Below are positions 63,638 to 64,000 of a DNA stretch of 64,000 nt, piece after piece. The DNA lies in the NCBI GenBank assembly GCA_965287045.1, contig OZ336873.1, positions 102,920,001 through 102,984,000 on the forward strand, read 5' to 3'. The DNA comes from Carcharhinus amblyrhynchos (lineage: Eukaryota). The notes under the pieces are model-generated. The model was not told the DNA's origin. It saw only the letters and a list, made by a program, of their open reading frames with translations, and did no database searches. Position 1 is the first letter of the stretch, and each line of letters begins with the position of its first letter. Position numbers and translations under genes: made by a program.

Positions 63638-64000
63638 GTAAGCAAGTTCTTGTTATTGAACTTTCTGAACTATTACACACAGCTCGAAATTTACAGCTCT
63701 TTTGTGTTGATTAAGTATTTCTGATACTTGCAGTCTGTTTAAGCCATTATTAATGTTTGAATGCATTATTACACAGTTTTAAATAATTACCAAGCTGCTG
63801 CATTGAGAGAATATAGCAACAACAATACACTGGTCACTTTGAATTGGAGCTTACATAATGGCATGAGCCAAGATCAAAAATAGATCGTTATTTTCCAATG
63901 ATTACTTCAGTCTCAAGATAAGAATTGAATTTACCAATATGCACACATCTATATATCTCACATAAAGACGTGGTGATTTTATTTCACTGACAGATCGGTG

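Noticed and set aside
1-64000. The ~230 short six-frame ORFs as a prokaryote-style gene set or operon
   Set aside because: The sequence is vertebrate intron DNA. Apart from the DACH2 exons and transposon fragments, the ORFs have no recognisable motifs and are chance or repeat-derived.

Overview
This is eukaryotic, not prokaryotic, DNA, most likely from a shark or other elasmobranch, judging by the HE1-type V-SINEs and the CR1, Rex1, Penelope and Harbinger repeats. The whole window lies inside a Dachshund-family gene on the + strand, best matching DACH2. Three intact coding exons with canonical splice sites and compatible phases are present: 5504-5635, 54706-54878 and 63502-63637. Between the first two, at 49734-49889, is a decayed remnant of the intervening DACH cassette exon. 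Both of its splice sites are lost and it has an in-frame TGA. The introns hold many transposable elements: V-SINEs with two different tails, a SINE/LINE pair sharing a 3' tail, young CR1 copies, Rex1, L2/RTE relics, a decayed Gypsy element with nested insertions, and a PIF/Harbinger family (Myb-like gene relics plus many MITEs with 3-bp TSDs). Two insertions stand out. One is a 157-bp TSD-flanked element carrying an intact minimal hammerhead ribozyme. The other is a MITE that has captured 129 bp of nearby intron. Homology calls are from recalled sequences and no searches were run. Repeat boundaries are approximate unless a TSD is given.
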